DNA from: a virus
Taxonomy: Duplodnaviria; Heunggongvirae; Uroviricota; Caudoviricetes
Strand: one strand, 5' to 3'
IMG/VR virus record: IMGVR_UViG_3300009709_000002
Location: 296,228 to 360,227 of that record
DNA length: 64,000 nt
The number at the start of each line of letters is the position of its first letter. Within the stretch, counting starts at the first letter, position 1. Positions 1 to 9,599 of this stretch are shown piece by piece. A program made the translations under genes and the position numbers. The notes beneath the pieces are model-generated. The model made no database searches and was not told the origin of the DNA. It was given only the letters and a program-made list of their open reading frames with translations.

Positions 1-256
1 TCTAAATTGACCATATCAACATTCCACTGATCAGACGTAAATGGACATTTAAATTCTACCGGGGTGCCGCCATGGCCAATTCTTGTAGATGCTACACGAA
101 TGTGACTATCATTCACTCCGTTTGTGATAACACCATCTTTAAATTCAACAGGTGTTTTGTAAGCTACACCAAGACTATGAACGTTATTTTCTTCAACAAA
201 TTTAGCCCATTCTTCTTGTGTGACGTTGGCTTCTTTCAGGTATTGTTTGAATCTCA
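1..256 (-). CDS. Family-A paralog, truncated by window edge (N-term MRFKQYLKEANVTQEEWAKF...)
   Basis: Minus-frame translation from ATG at 254-256 overlaps upstream stop (ATGA); N-terminus resembles other Family-A members. Confidence 0.6.
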
Positions 257-835
257 TAGCTTAGCCCATTCCTCAAATCCAGCGTCGATCAATTCATTTT
301 GGCATTCAAGCGTGTCTCTGTCTTTCAAATGCTTTTGCACAATTTTAAGAGCTTCACGCATTTCTTTTGTTGGTATTGAGATGCCTCGAACTTCTTTCAA
401 TGCTGGCCATTTAAGCAGCCCAAGCAGCCCACATTGGAATGCATTAGGCTCTAGGTGATTGAAAGAAACAAATTCAAGAGCATCGGTGCTTATGTCATTT
501 CTCACACGAAGATTTTTGACAGTGCATCCAGAGGTCACCATCAGGTTTTTACAAGGCGGCACAAAGTTAATGTCAAAATTTCCACTGTGAAAGTGAACAT
601 ACTCAAATTCACGATACTGCCATGCATCAGGAGGGATGTCAAAACCATGAGAGCAGTCGATATTAAGCTCATCAACCCAGGACTTCAATTTGATCTTACC
701 ATCTACAATGTCATCAAGAGCTGATTCACGATAGCGCTTATTATTGAACTTGTCAAGAAATTCAACTTTTCGAAGTTCTTCCCACCACTTGCTATCTTCT
801 GGCCTACGACCGCTAGCAATTTCAGCTATCTTCAT
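254..835 (-). CDS. Family-A paralog (LRR-like; C-term CQNELIDAGFEEWAKL)
   Basis: ORF track; shared motifs CGLLxLLK, LKGIEKL, C-terminal CQxELIDAGFEEWAKL; start overlaps neighbour stop. Confidence 0.8.
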   Translation of the reverse strand: MKIAEIASGRRPEDSKWWEELRKVEFLDKFNNKRYRESALDDIVDGKIKLKSWVDELNIDCSHGFDIPPDAWQYREFEYVHFHSGNFDINFVPPCKNLMVTSGCTVKNLRVRNDISTDALEFVSFNHLEPNAFQCGLLGLLKWPALKEVRGISIPTKEMREALKIVQKHLKDRDTLECQNELIDAGFEEWAKL

Positions 836-1416
836 AACTTTGCGAATTCCTCAAAACCTTCATCTAGCAGCTCACTTTGGCATGCCACAATATCTCTATC
901 ACCACGAAGCGCATCATTTAAAATATGCTGCAATTTCATAGACAGTTTTTCATCTAATCCAAAGCTGCCAGGATGAATTGCTATCATTTCTAAAATTGGC
1001 AGCTTAAATAGTTGAAGCATTGGAATTGGTTCAGTTGTGTTAGTCTGTTCAAATGCGATATATTTGAGCTTTGTCAAGTGACCACCGCCTTTTAGAGACT
1101 TCACTATAGATCTGCTAAAGTGCAAGGTCACTACATTAGGCAGATTTTTGAGGTCATCTACTTCAGCCCAATTGAAAATCACAGATGCAACATCCCATTG
1201 ATTTGGGTCAAATGGAAGCTCTAACTTTTTAGGCTTGTTGCCGATAGTTGAAAATGGTGCTATCTTCAATGATGATACAGCGCTTGCAGGCTTGATTTTT
1301 ATCTTGCCATCAAATTCAACGTCGCCCTTAGTAGCTCGAACGCTATAGGCGGCTCTAAATTCCTCCCAATCTTTTTGCGTTCCCTGACTTTCAGCTAAAT
1401 ATTCTCTAAATTTCAT
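832..1416 (-). CDS. Family-A paralog
   Basis: C-term CQSELLDEGFEEFAKL; ATGA overlap with neighbours. Confidence 0.8.
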   Translation of the reverse strand: MKFREYLAESQGTQKDWEEFRAAYSVRATKGDVEFDGKIKIKPASAVSSLKIAPFSTIGNKPKKLELPFDPNQWDVASVIFNWAEVDDLKNLPNVVTLHFSRSIVKSLKGGGHLTKLKYIAFEQTNTTEPIPMLQLFKLPILEMIAIHPGSFGLDEKLSMKLQHILNDALRGDRDIVACQSELLDEGFEEFAKL

Positions 1417-2024
1417 AACTTTGCGAATTCCTCAAAGCCTTCGTCTATAAGTCTAGATTGTGCTTCAACCATGTCTGATTTTTCTTTAAGCAGCTCATTC
1501 AAAAGCGTGTTAAGCTTTGACCCCCAAGCTTGTTCAACTGAAACATTGCGCAAATCACATTTGAGTAATCGAAGTAGACCTGGCTTCTTGATGTGCTCGC
1601 TTGGTCCGCTAATTCTGAACGTAATCGAATCTAGCATATTCAACTTCTCAATTCCCTTCAGTGACTCAATTTGGCAGGTGTGAAAATCTAGATGATTAAC
1701 ATTTGGCACCGTTGAAAAATCATCAAATGACATTAGTTCCATCTCAACACATCCACCAGCTGGTAAGTTCCAGCTGTCACTTGGAAAATCTACATTCCAT
1801 GGTGAAAAATCAGTATCGCCATGTTTTGGTCCTATACAGATGCCATTCCAATTTTTAGTAAGGCAAATTTTACCAGACTTGAATAGCACACCGCTTTTCT
1901 CATTGAATTCTTGCTTACTGTTGCCACCATTATTAGAGTAGTACGTTACTGTAGAATGTGTGTCTTTGAACTTTTTGAACTGTTCAGCAGTAATGCTTTC
2001 AATCAAGAATTGTTTGAATTTCAT
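1413..2024 (-). CDS. Family-A paralog
   Basis: C-term AQSRLIDEGFEEFAKL; N-term MKFKQFL. Confidence 0.8.
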   Translation of the reverse strand: MKFKQFLIESITAEQFKKFKDTHSTVTYYSNNGGNSKQEFNEKSGVLFKSGKICLTKNWNGICIGPKHGDTDFSPWNVDFPSDSWNLPAGGCVEMELMSFDDFSTVPNVNHLDFHTCQIESLKGIEKLNMLDSITFRISGPSEHIKKPGLLRLLKCDLRNVSVEQAWGSKLNTLLNELLKEKSDMVEAQSRLIDEGFEEFAKL

Positions 2025-2599
2025 TGCTTGGCAAATTCCTCTAGGCCAGCATCAATCAGCGCATTCTGACATTCAATGACATCACGGTTACCATCACGAT
2101 AGCGCATTACGATGTGCAGAGCTTTTTCGAGCTTTTCATCATCAAGCTTATGCGCCCACAGTTCTTTGCCGTGATACTTCAGAAGTTGAAGCACGCCACA
2201 ATCAAACTTCACGGCACCGATGAACTCTAGAAGCTGGATGGAATTTACTTCATTGATGCCTTTGAGCGACTTGACACGTGCACCTTCAAAGTTCAAACGT
2301 TGAACTTTTGGAAAGTGGTCAAATCCGTCTAAGATTACGTCGGGGCGTAGAGTGAGCGTGAACTCACCTAGTGGTTTGGTAGAGTGCAGAGGCCAGTAGA
2401 AATTCTTTGGGCTCTTTGCTTCTAGCTTGAGTGATGCGATCGTGTCTAGCAGCTCGCCATCTTTATCGGCCATCAGGCTCGATTTATCTACATCAACGTC
2501 AGTGTAGTCGTGCTTCATACCAGCAGTCACCGTGAAATCGGAAAGCCACTTCTTGATGTCTTTAGTAATTCCGCCGTCAAACAGTTCATTCAGTCTCAT
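2021..2599 (-). CDS. Family-A paralog
   Basis: C-term CQNALIDAGLEEFAKQ. Confidence 0.8.
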   Translation of the reverse strand: MRLNELFDGGITKDIKKWLSDFTVTAGMKHDYTDVDVDKSSLMADKDGELLDTIASLKLEAKSPKNFYWPLHSTKPLGEFTLTLRPDVILDGFDHFPKVQRLNFEGARVKSLKGINEVNSIQLLEFIGAVKFDCGVLQLLKYHGKELWAHKLDDEKLEKALHIVMRYRDGNRDVIECQNALIDAGLEEFAKQ

Positions 2600-2642
2600 G
2601 GAATACTCCCAGATGATTATGGGAGTATTTATGAGTTAGATT

Positions 2643-3218
2643 TTACAGCTTTGCGTATTCCTCATATCCTTCATCGATCAGCTTAGATTGAAAATCGACA
2701 ACATCTTGCTTGTCTTCCATGGCATTTCGTATGAGCTGTTCTAGCTCATGAAGGCTTGCATTTGTAAAGCGTACCTGCTTAAGCTTCTCACACTTCAACA
2801 GCCTGAGAACTCCGCATCGAAAATCACTACGCGCCATGCTAAATCGTATGTCTTCGAGATCTAGCTTTTCAATGCCTTTCAGTGACGTGACCACAGTGTT
2901 TCGGGTCAAGTGAATTTCCTTGGCATTGATCATCGACTCGAAGGTGCTAACCGTGAGAATGCGAGCAGATGTTCCACCGTTGCCTAGCTCAAGGTTATCT
3001 ATCACGTATGGAATGTGAAACGGCCAGTCAAACGCCTCACTGCTTCTTGGCATAATCCCAAGTTCGTGGTATTCTTTAGATGAAAGAAGACCGTTGATAG
3101 CCTCGACGCTTGATGCTCCGCCGGTTTTCTGATTGAAAGCACTTACGTGATATTTTTCTGCGTACTCTTCTTCAGCAGAAGTTACGATCTCATTTAAGAG
3201 GAAGTCTTTGAATTTCAT
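2643..3218 (-). CDS. Family-A paralog
   Basis: C-term FQSKLIDEGYEEYAKL. Confidence 0.8.
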   Translation of the reverse strand: MKFKDFLLNEIVTSAEEEYAEKYHVSAFNQKTGGASSVEAINGLLSSKEYHELGIMPRSSEAFDWPFHIPYVIDNLELGNGGTSARILTVSTFESMINAKEIHLTRNTVVTSLKGIEKLDLEDIRFSMARSDFRCGVLRLLKCEKLKQVRFTNASLHELEQLIRNAMEDKQDVVDFQSKLIDEGYEEYAKL

Positions 3219-3811
3219 AGCGTAGCGTACTCGTCGAGGTCGGCTTCAATCAGTTCATTCTGGCAATCCAAGGCGTTTGATTCACCAAGGTGGCTTCGTA
3301 CAATTGTCAGAACTTTGTGCAGCTTTGGGTTATCCAACTTGATGATAGGTGCCATCTTAAGGTGGTCTAATGATTGACACTTCAGCAGCCGCAAAACGCC
3401 GCACTTAATGTCAGACGACTTAGCAAAAACGAGTGCATTTAACGTTGAGAGCTTCTCAATTCCCTTGAATGACGTAATAGTGGTGTGAAGAAATCGAATT
3501 TCAATAGCTGTTGGCACTTTCTCAAAACCATCAATGATGTTAGAATTTGCATAGTACGCTGCATTGTGGTCAAAGTTGAAAGTCCTTAATCCCTTACCCC
3601 ACCAGCTAGCATCCATTGGCGGATCGAATGTTTGATTTGTGCGATCACTACCAAGGGTAATTTCTTTGTTGTGAAAGTCAAAAGCACCGATTGTATTGAG
3701 AAATTGAAAATCTTGAGACCTTACACTAGTTCCGCCAGATATTTTGTACTTCTTCATCCAATCTTCAAGCGCATTCTTGTTGACATCTTCTAAAAGATCA
3801 CTCAGCTTCAT
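3215..3811 (-). CDS. Family-A paralog
   Basis: C-term CQNELIEADLDEYATL. Confidence 0.8.
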   Translation of the reverse strand: MKLSDLLEDVNKNALEDWMKKYKISGGTSVRSQDFQFLNTIGAFDFHNKEITLGSDRTNQTFDPPMDASWWGKGLRTFNFDHNAAYYANSNIIDGFEKVPTAIEIRFLHTTITSFKGIEKLSTLNALVFAKSSDIKCGVLRLLKCQSLDHLKMAPIIKLDNPKLHKVLTIVRSHLGESNALDCQNELIEADLDEYATL

Positions 3812-4419
3812 AGCTTAGCCCATTCATCAAATCCAGCATCAATGAGAGCTGATTGGCACTCGATAATGTCTGGTTCAGGTTTGCTTTGTTCTTTTACTAC
3901 GATGCTAAGTGCATCTTGTAGTCTGTCATGATTGCCGCTATCAAATTCAATTTCACCGCGGAACTTAAGAAGGCTAAGCAATCCACATTCTACCTTCAGA
4001 TCATACCCGCCACCGTCCATTAGCTCAAGAATTTTAATCTTATCACGCTTCTCAATTCCCTTGAACGTCTTGATGACGACGCCACCTAGATTGAGCTTTG
4101 GCACATTTGGAATTACTGACCAATCATCAAGAATGAAGCCAGGCTTCGTAATGTCAAGCACGAAGAAATGCTTGAAATTTTGCTTTGCAAACGGCCAGAA
4201 GAATTTGTGCTGAACTGAGATGCTTTCAAGATACAAGATCTTGATGTCTGATCGCAGCGTGCCATCTTCGGCCATCAGCTGTTCTACTCTTTGTGCACTA
4301 ACGGGTGAAATGGTCGTAGCACCAAGCCGTCTAAACTTGACGACATAATCACGCATGAATTTTTCAATTCTAGCTTCCATCTCATCACGGTGGATGATGT
4401 GAATTTCATTTAGCTTCAT
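3808..4419 (-). CDS. Family-A paralog
   Basis: C-term CQSALIDAGFDEWAKL. Confidence 0.8.
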   Translation of the reverse strand: MKLNEIHIIHRDEMEARIEKFMRDYVVKFRRLGATTISPVSAQRVEQLMAEDGTLRSDIKILYLESISVQHKFFWPFAKQNFKHFFVLDITKPGFILDDWSVIPNVPKLNLGGVVIKTFKGIEKRDKIKILELMDGGGYDLKVECGLLSLLKFRGEIEFDSGNHDRLQDALSIVVKEQSKPEPDIIECQSALIDAGFDEWAKL

Positions 4420-5021
4420 AGCTTGGCATACTCCTCAAATCCAGCATCAATTAGGTCATCTTGACACTTGATGAGATCTTTATGTTCAAGATGCTTCATT
4501 ACAATTTTCAGAGCTTTTACCAAATTTTTATCTTGCCCAGAAGATTGTTCATTACCGATTTGGAGTGTCTTAAGGTTTGGTATCTTTAAAAGTCTAAGCA
4601 ATCCACTATCTGTGTGCTTGATATGTACGATCATGCTGGTCATCGAAGTGAGTTTTTCTATTCCTGCAAATGAATCTACAACTCCACCTATCGCATACCT
4701 AGAAGCGCCATTCGGAAAGTCATTGAAATTCTTGAACACAAATTGATCTAACGGTCCCCAGATATCACCAGCCGCAAAAGTTCGAATATCATGCAAGTAG
4801 CCAAATGGCCAATAGAATGTTTGAAATCGCAGCTTTGGCATTATTTGAAAAGTTGCAATATCAGGCATGAACTTCCCATCTGGATCAACGAGCGATGTTC
4901 TGCGAGAAATCGACTTCTTAAGATTGCCACCTAGAGTGCATGATACTTTGAATTTGCCAAAGTAGTCTTTTGACAAAGCTACAGCTTGAGCATCTTCTGT
5001 TAGTAGTTCTTTGAGCTTCAT
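4416..5021 (-). CDS. Family-A paralog
   Basis: C-term CQDDLIDAGFEEYAKL. Confidence 0.8.
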   Translation of the reverse strand: MKLKELLTEDAQAVALSKDYFGKFKVSCTLGGNLKKSISRRTSLVDPDGKFMPDIATFQIMPKLRFQTFYWPFGYLHDIRTFAAGDIWGPLDQFVFKNFNDFPNGASRYAIGGVVDSFAGIEKLTSMTSMIVHIKHTDSGLLRLLKIPNLKTLQIGNEQSSGQDKNLVKALKIVMKHLEHKDLIKCQDDLIDAGFEEYAKL

Positions 5022-5719
5022 AGCTTTGCGTACTCCTCAAATCCAGCATCTATTAACGCAGATTGAAGATCGACGATACTGTGACCAGCTTTGAAGCTGT
5101 CATCGATGACCTGGCACAACTTTTCATACTTTACCGATTCGTCATCGTCAAATGAATCTATACTGACGATGTCTAATTTTGGACATTTAGCGAATCTAAG
5201 AACACCACAACTGAGACTCACTCTATGAGATGCGCCGAGCGAAAATCCGCTTAGCGATTTTAACTTCTCGATTCCAGCTAAAGATTTAACTATCAAGTTG
5301 TTTGCATACTGGATTGTGATCATATTCGCGTCTGGGAATGTTTCTAACCCATCAAGCACGTGATCAGTTTTTAAAGTGATGCCTAGCAGTTTTTGTGGTG
5401 CTGGAAACATAGATGGAAATTCTATTTTCTTTCCAGGTAAGAACGTCACGGCCACATTTTCAGGATGCACGTACATCTGTTTCAGATTGCCGTGTTCATC
5501 TATCAGTGAGTGAATCGTCGGTGTCAGCTCGCCAGTTTCGTTATTCAGCCATCCACTTTCATGGTTTGGCTTAGACAAGAACGTCTCTTTATCTTCCGCG
5601 TGATAGTAGATATTATCGCTTGTTCCAGTGATCTTGAAGATGTAACAGTTGTCTACGATCCAGCTTTCAAGCTCATCAGCTTTACTTGTAGATTCTGTTA
5701 GTAGTTCTTTGAGCTTCAT
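5018..5719 (-). CDS. Family-A paralog
   Basis: C-term LQSALIDAGFEEYAKL. Confidence 0.8.
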   Translation of the reverse strand: MKLKELLTESTSKADELESWIVDNCYIFKITGTSDNIYYHAEDKETFLSKPNHESGWLNNETGELTPTIHSLIDEHGNLKQMYVHPENVAVTFLPGKKIEFPSMFPAPQKLLGITLKTDHVLDGLETFPDANMITIQYANNLIVKSLAGIEKLKSLSGFSLGASHRVSLSCGVLRFAKCPKLDIVSIDSFDDDESVKYEKLCQVIDDSFKAGHSIVDLQSALIDAGFEEYAKL

Positions 5720-6372
5720 AGGTGTGCAAAAGGCTCCATCCAGTCATACGAATCAAGCATTTCATTTTGGCAGGCGAGTACGTCTCTATCACCCTTGAGA
5801 TGCTTGTTGATGATCTTTGCTACTTCGTTATTCCACGGTAGAGTGACTTGCTTCAAGCGTGGACATTTCAGCAGACGAAGAACACCCATGCCTTTACGAG
5901 CCTTACCGTCTGGGCCAGGTCCTGCGTAGTACATGTAGAGCGTCTCAAGCTTATTGAGCTTTTCAATGCCTTTAAATGAATCGAACATGTAGTGATCTAG
6001 GCGAAGATCTTTGACGTTTGGTAGCTTCCCAAAATCATCGATCATATAGCCGCTTAGCACGACGTGCTCAACCTTTGATGAATAGCCTTTGACAGGGCAG
6101 TCATCAAATTTGGCTTTACTTCTGGTGCTCATGCTTAGGGAGTCATAACCCTTCTTTACTAGCAGCACACCGTCATAAACGTAGTAGCCATTTGGGTCAC
6201 TATGAACTTTACCGGTGTGGTTATCTTTCGGGTTCATAAGGCTTTGAGACACTGTTTTCGGTTTAGGCACCTGATGACCGTGCAAGAACGCAACCGTTCT
6301 ATTTTCTTTAAGCCATGCTTCAACAGCTTTATCTTCACTTGCTTCTTCTTTGAGTAACTCAATAACTTTCAT
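5716..6372 (-). CDS. Family-A paralog (start moved to internal Met MKVIELL; ATGA overlap at 6369-6372)
   Basis: ORF 5716..6420 overlaps upstream gene; the internal ATG restores the coupled-start pattern seen across the array. Confidence 0.7.
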   Translation of the reverse strand: MKVIELLKEEASEDKAVEAWLKENRTVAFLHGHQVPKPKTVSQSLMNPKDNHTGKVHSDPNGYYVYDGVLLVKKGYDSLSMSTRSKAKFDDCPVKGYSSKVEHVVLSGYMIDDFGKLPNVKDLRLDHYMFDSFKGIEKLNKLETLYMYYAGPGPDGKARKGMGVLRLLKCPRLKQVTLPWNNEVAKIINKHLKGDRDVLACQNEMLDSYDWMEPFAHL

Positions 6373-6962
6373 AGCTTCGCCCATTCTTCTAAGCCAGCAT
6401 CGATCAAATCTGTTTGACAATCGATGATGTCATGTTTTTCACAAAATTCATTCAGCGCACTAGTTAACTTCTGCCCTACGTCCATGTCATCGACAATGTC
6501 TGTTAGATCGATGTCTTCAATCTTCGACTTTACAAATGGAAGAACTCCAATCGGCTCTTGGTTTACTTTGAAGTCTTTGTTAATGACACAGAATGATGTA
6601 GATGATAAGTTCTCAGCGCCCTTAAAGCTCTTGAACGTGCACCCAAAGAATATTAGAGCGTGCTTCACGTTTGGGACTTGCTTCAAGCTTTCAAATTGCA
6701 AGTTGCTAAAGTCGATGCGATCAAATCCTTCTATCTCGCATGGAAAGCCATCAAAATCTTTCTTGTTATCTACGTTGTATGAGCCGACATCCATTCGCAC
6801 AATATTCGATGCGGCGGGTTTTAGCTTTCCACCTTCATAGATAATGTTTGCTCTGTCTGGAGATGAAGTAGCAGAGCTTATCCCAGTCACATTATACTTC
6901 TCAAGGAAGTCCGAAACGCTTTTCGGCATCTCGTCTTCCTTGAGAATTTCTTTTAGCTTCAT
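6369..6962 (-). CDS. Family-A paralog
   Basis: C-term CQTDLIDAGLEEWAKL. Confidence 0.8.
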   Translation of the reverse strand: MKLKEILKEDEMPKSVSDFLEKYNVTGISSATSSPDRANIIYEGGKLKPAASNIVRMDVGSYNVDNKKDFDGFPCEIEGFDRIDFSNLQFESLKQVPNVKHALIFFGCTFKSFKGAENLSSTSFCVINKDFKVNQEPIGVLPFVKSKIEDIDLTDIVDDMDVGQKLTSALNEFCEKHDIIDCQTDLIDAGLEEWAKL

Positions 6963-6999
6963 TTAGAAACTCCAATGTTTAGATGGAGTATTTATGAGC

Positions 7000-7653
7000 T
7001 TACAACTTCGCGTATTCGTCAAAACCTTTTTCAATCAGCTCATCCTGGCACTCAAGCATATTGTTTTCTTTGCCAATGTACTTCTTCACGATCTTGAAAG
7101 CTTCAATCCCCTTCATGTGCGCGTCGGTACCACGGCTACCGCCAGGTCCAAACTGCATCTCGAATTCACCTAGCTTGAGCAATGATAGCAGACCACAATC
7201 AAACGTGGTGCTATTTGAGAAATAGACGTACTCAGGTTTTATCGCAACTAGCTGCTTCAGAGATTTTACCGTGTACGGATGAAAGTATATGTCTTCATAG
7301 TGCAGCTTAGGAAGAACACTTTCATCCGTGAAGACTCCGCCATTCACGTTAATCGCGATAGGATCTTTCAGTTGAGGAAAATAGAATCGAAATTCATCAG
7401 CAGAGATAGGGCAGGCTGACAACGTAGATGAACCATTCTTTACTACGAAGTCAATACCAAAATATTGATAGTTAAGCTTGATCGGCTTACCAATCTGGAA
7501 TGATTTTTCAAGAACTCGCTTTGGATTAGGCAGATTTTTACCATTGCCAATGCGAATTCGAACGTGATCAAACCACCAGGCAATTTGTTCTTCAGAAAGA
7601 GCCATGGTGGAATCATCTTCCTCAGCTTCAAACAGAATTTCTTGTAACTTCAT
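7000..7653 (-). CDS. Family-A paralog
   Basis: C-term CQDELIEKGFDEYAKL. Confidence 0.8.
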   Translation of the reverse strand: MKLQEILFEAEEDDSTMALSEEQIAWWFDHVRIRIGNGKNLPNPKRVLEKSFQIGKPIKLNYQYFGIDFVVKNGSSTLSACPISADEFRFYFPQLKDPIAINVNGGVFTDESVLPKLHYEDIYFHPYTVKSLKQLVAIKPEYVYFSNSTTFDCGLLSLLKLGEFEMQFGPGGSRGTDAHMKGIEAFKIVKKYIGKENNMLECQDELIEKGFDEYAKL

Positions 7654-7693
7654 TAACTAACTCCAATTAAGATGGAGTATTTATGAGCTTACA

Positions 7694-8416
7694 TTACAAC
7701 TTCGCGAAATCCTCAAATCCAGCGTCGATCAGCTCGGTCTGCAGGTCAACCTTACTACGTTCTAGCACAGGCAGCTTCAAGTGCTTGTTGATGATATCAG
7801 CCATCTCATTATGCCGACCAATTCCATCTTCTTTCGAAAAGCTACTGAAAAACATCACCTCTTCCAGAATTGGTGACTTCAACAATTGAAGCACGCCCGG
7901 CTTATGCTCATTCTGATTGCAGTTATACAATCTCAACCTACGAACGTACGTCTTCTCGATCCCTTCAAAGGAGCGCACGTTGCAGTCCACCAGCGTTATG
8001 CCTTGGATGCGCTGGTTGAGCTGATCTAGAGTGGAGAACTTGTACTGGCACAGCGTCATCCACGGTGCTCCCCAGTTAATGTTTCTTGGAACTTCAAATT
8101 CCGTTCCTAAGTTCTTGGCGGTGATCTTGATCTCACTGCTCATGTGGTCGAACTGACGATTCGCCTGCATTCGCCACCAATCGACGAACTCTTTGGCCGG
8201 ATCGCTTTGGTGATTCCGAACTTCTACAGTATTCTTCATGGCGAACTCTCGCCATTGACGTTGGAACTCTAGCTCTTTTTCTTTCTCGTCCAGGAGCATC
8301 ATATCGTTCTTTCCTATGCTACCGCGAAGCGGCGGAAATTTTTCTAAGCACCTAAGAATGATTCTATCACCTTTCATGGTAGAAGTAAAGGATGCTTCAA
8401 CCTTTTCTCGCTTCAA
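7694..8416 (-). CDS. Family-A paralog
   Basis: C-term LQTELIDAGFEDFAKL. Confidence 0.8.
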   Translation of the reverse strand: MKREKVEASFTSTMKGDRIILRCLEKFPPLRGSIGKNDMMLLDEKEKELEFQRQWREFAMKNTVEVRNHQSDPAKEFVDWWRMQANRQFDHMSSEIKITAKNLGTEFEVPRNINWGAPWMTLCQYKFSTLDQLNQRIQGITLVDCNVRSFEGIEKTYVRRLRLYNCNQNEHKPGVLQLLKSPILEEVMFFSSFSKEDGIGRHNEMADIINKHLKLPVLERSKVDLQTELIDAGFEDFAKL

Positions 8417-8979
8417 AGTTCAGCATACTCATCGAGACCAGCATCGAGCATGGCAGATTGGCACGCGACGATGTCACGATCTTTCAAGTGCTTCCTAACG
8501 ATGCCTAACGCAAGCTCCAACCGCGTAGCATGAACGTTGGCGAAGATGATAGCTTCTAGGCGTGGCAGCTTCAGCAATCTCAGCAGGCCGCAATTGAAAT
8601 GGGCTCCATAGTTCAACCCAACAATATACAGCAGCTCTAGATTCTTTAAGCGATCAACGCCTTTTAGCGTTTCCACCTGCAGCCCATGAAGGCTGAGACT
8701 CTTCACCAAGGTAGGAAAGCCTTCCCAATCATTTAAGACAAGAAGCTTCGCCGGTCTGGCCATGATGTCGAGATGGCGTAGGTAAGCCTCACCGAAGGGC
8801 CAGTAGAAGGGATCTTCATTGTTCAGCTTAGGAGACACGATCAAATTATTGATGTGCATGCGAACGTTGTTCTTACTATCAAAGATCGCATCATACCGCT
8901 CGGGTGTTACCGTCGCTTTACCAGGCTCTTGGAGCTCATATTTGTCCAGCCAGTCTAATCCTTCGAGAGCTGTGGTCAT
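8413..8979 (-). CDS. Family-A paralog (GC-richer)
   Basis: C-term CQSAMLDAGLDEYAEL. Confidence 0.8.
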   Translation of the reverse strand: MTTALEGLDWLDKYELQEPGKATVTPERYDAIFDSKNNVRMHINNLIVSPKLNNEDPFYWPFGEAYLRHLDIMARPAKLLVLNDWEGFPTLVKSLSLHGLQVETLKGVDRLKNLELLYIVGLNYGAHFNCGLLRLLKLPRLEAIIFANVHATRLELALGIVRKHLKDRDIVACQSAMLDAGLDEYAEL

Positions 8980-9590
8980 AGCTTGGCATACTCCTCATAA
9001 CCCTTCTCGATGAGCTCCGACTGGCAGGCGATGATATCCCGCTCAGCACCATCTTCAGTCAGGTACGTTTCCACGATCCACAAGACGTCTTTTAGCCGAC
9101 GCTCTACGTTGACGGATCCACAGTTGATCCGGGTCAATTTCGGACACTTCAAGAGCCGAAGCAGCCCGCACGTTATGATTGTTCCATGCTGGTGCCCTTC
9201 AACGTAGAGCGAATGCATGTTTTCTAGCCTCTCCACGTTCTTGAACGTTTCGACGTGTAGCCCAGACAGATGGACGTAACGTACCGACGTTGGCAGCTCA
9301 TCCCAGCTCTTCAGCGCCAAACGCTGGTTAGTATTCTGCATGATGTTGAGAGACACTATATCCGCTTCACCGAACGGCCAGTAGAATCCACGAGGATTTC
9401 CGTAGAACTTGTTCGCCGTAATGTTCAGTTCACAGAAACCGTCGCGCAGCGTCTTCGTCGCATTGTCGAAGAGCTGATCAGCTCTAACCACAGTAATACC
9501 GGTGTCGATGTTGGTCGCCGCAACACCAAAATCAGACATGTACCGAACGATCGACATGTCAGTATCATTGTAGACTCCCGCCGCGCTCAT
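8976..9590 (-). CDS. Family-A paralog
   Basis: C-term CQSELIEKGYEEYAKL. Confidence 0.8.
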   Translation of the reverse strand: MSAAGVYNDTDMSIVRYMSDFGVAATNIDTGITVVRADQLFDNATKTLRDGFCELNITANKFYGNPRGFYWPFGEADIVSLNIMQNTNQRLALKSWDELPTSVRYVHLSGLHVETFKNVERLENMHSLYVEGHQHGTIITCGLLRLLKCPKLTRINCGSVNVERRLKDVLWIVETYLTEDGAERDIIACQSELIEKGYEEYAKL

Positions 9591-9599
9591 AGTAGCTCC

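Noticed and set aside
72-458. Plus-strand ORFs 72..458, 455..724 and 744..941 at the window start
   Set aside because: Antisense to well-supported Family-A genes, with no RBS or promoter; judged ORF-finder shadows.
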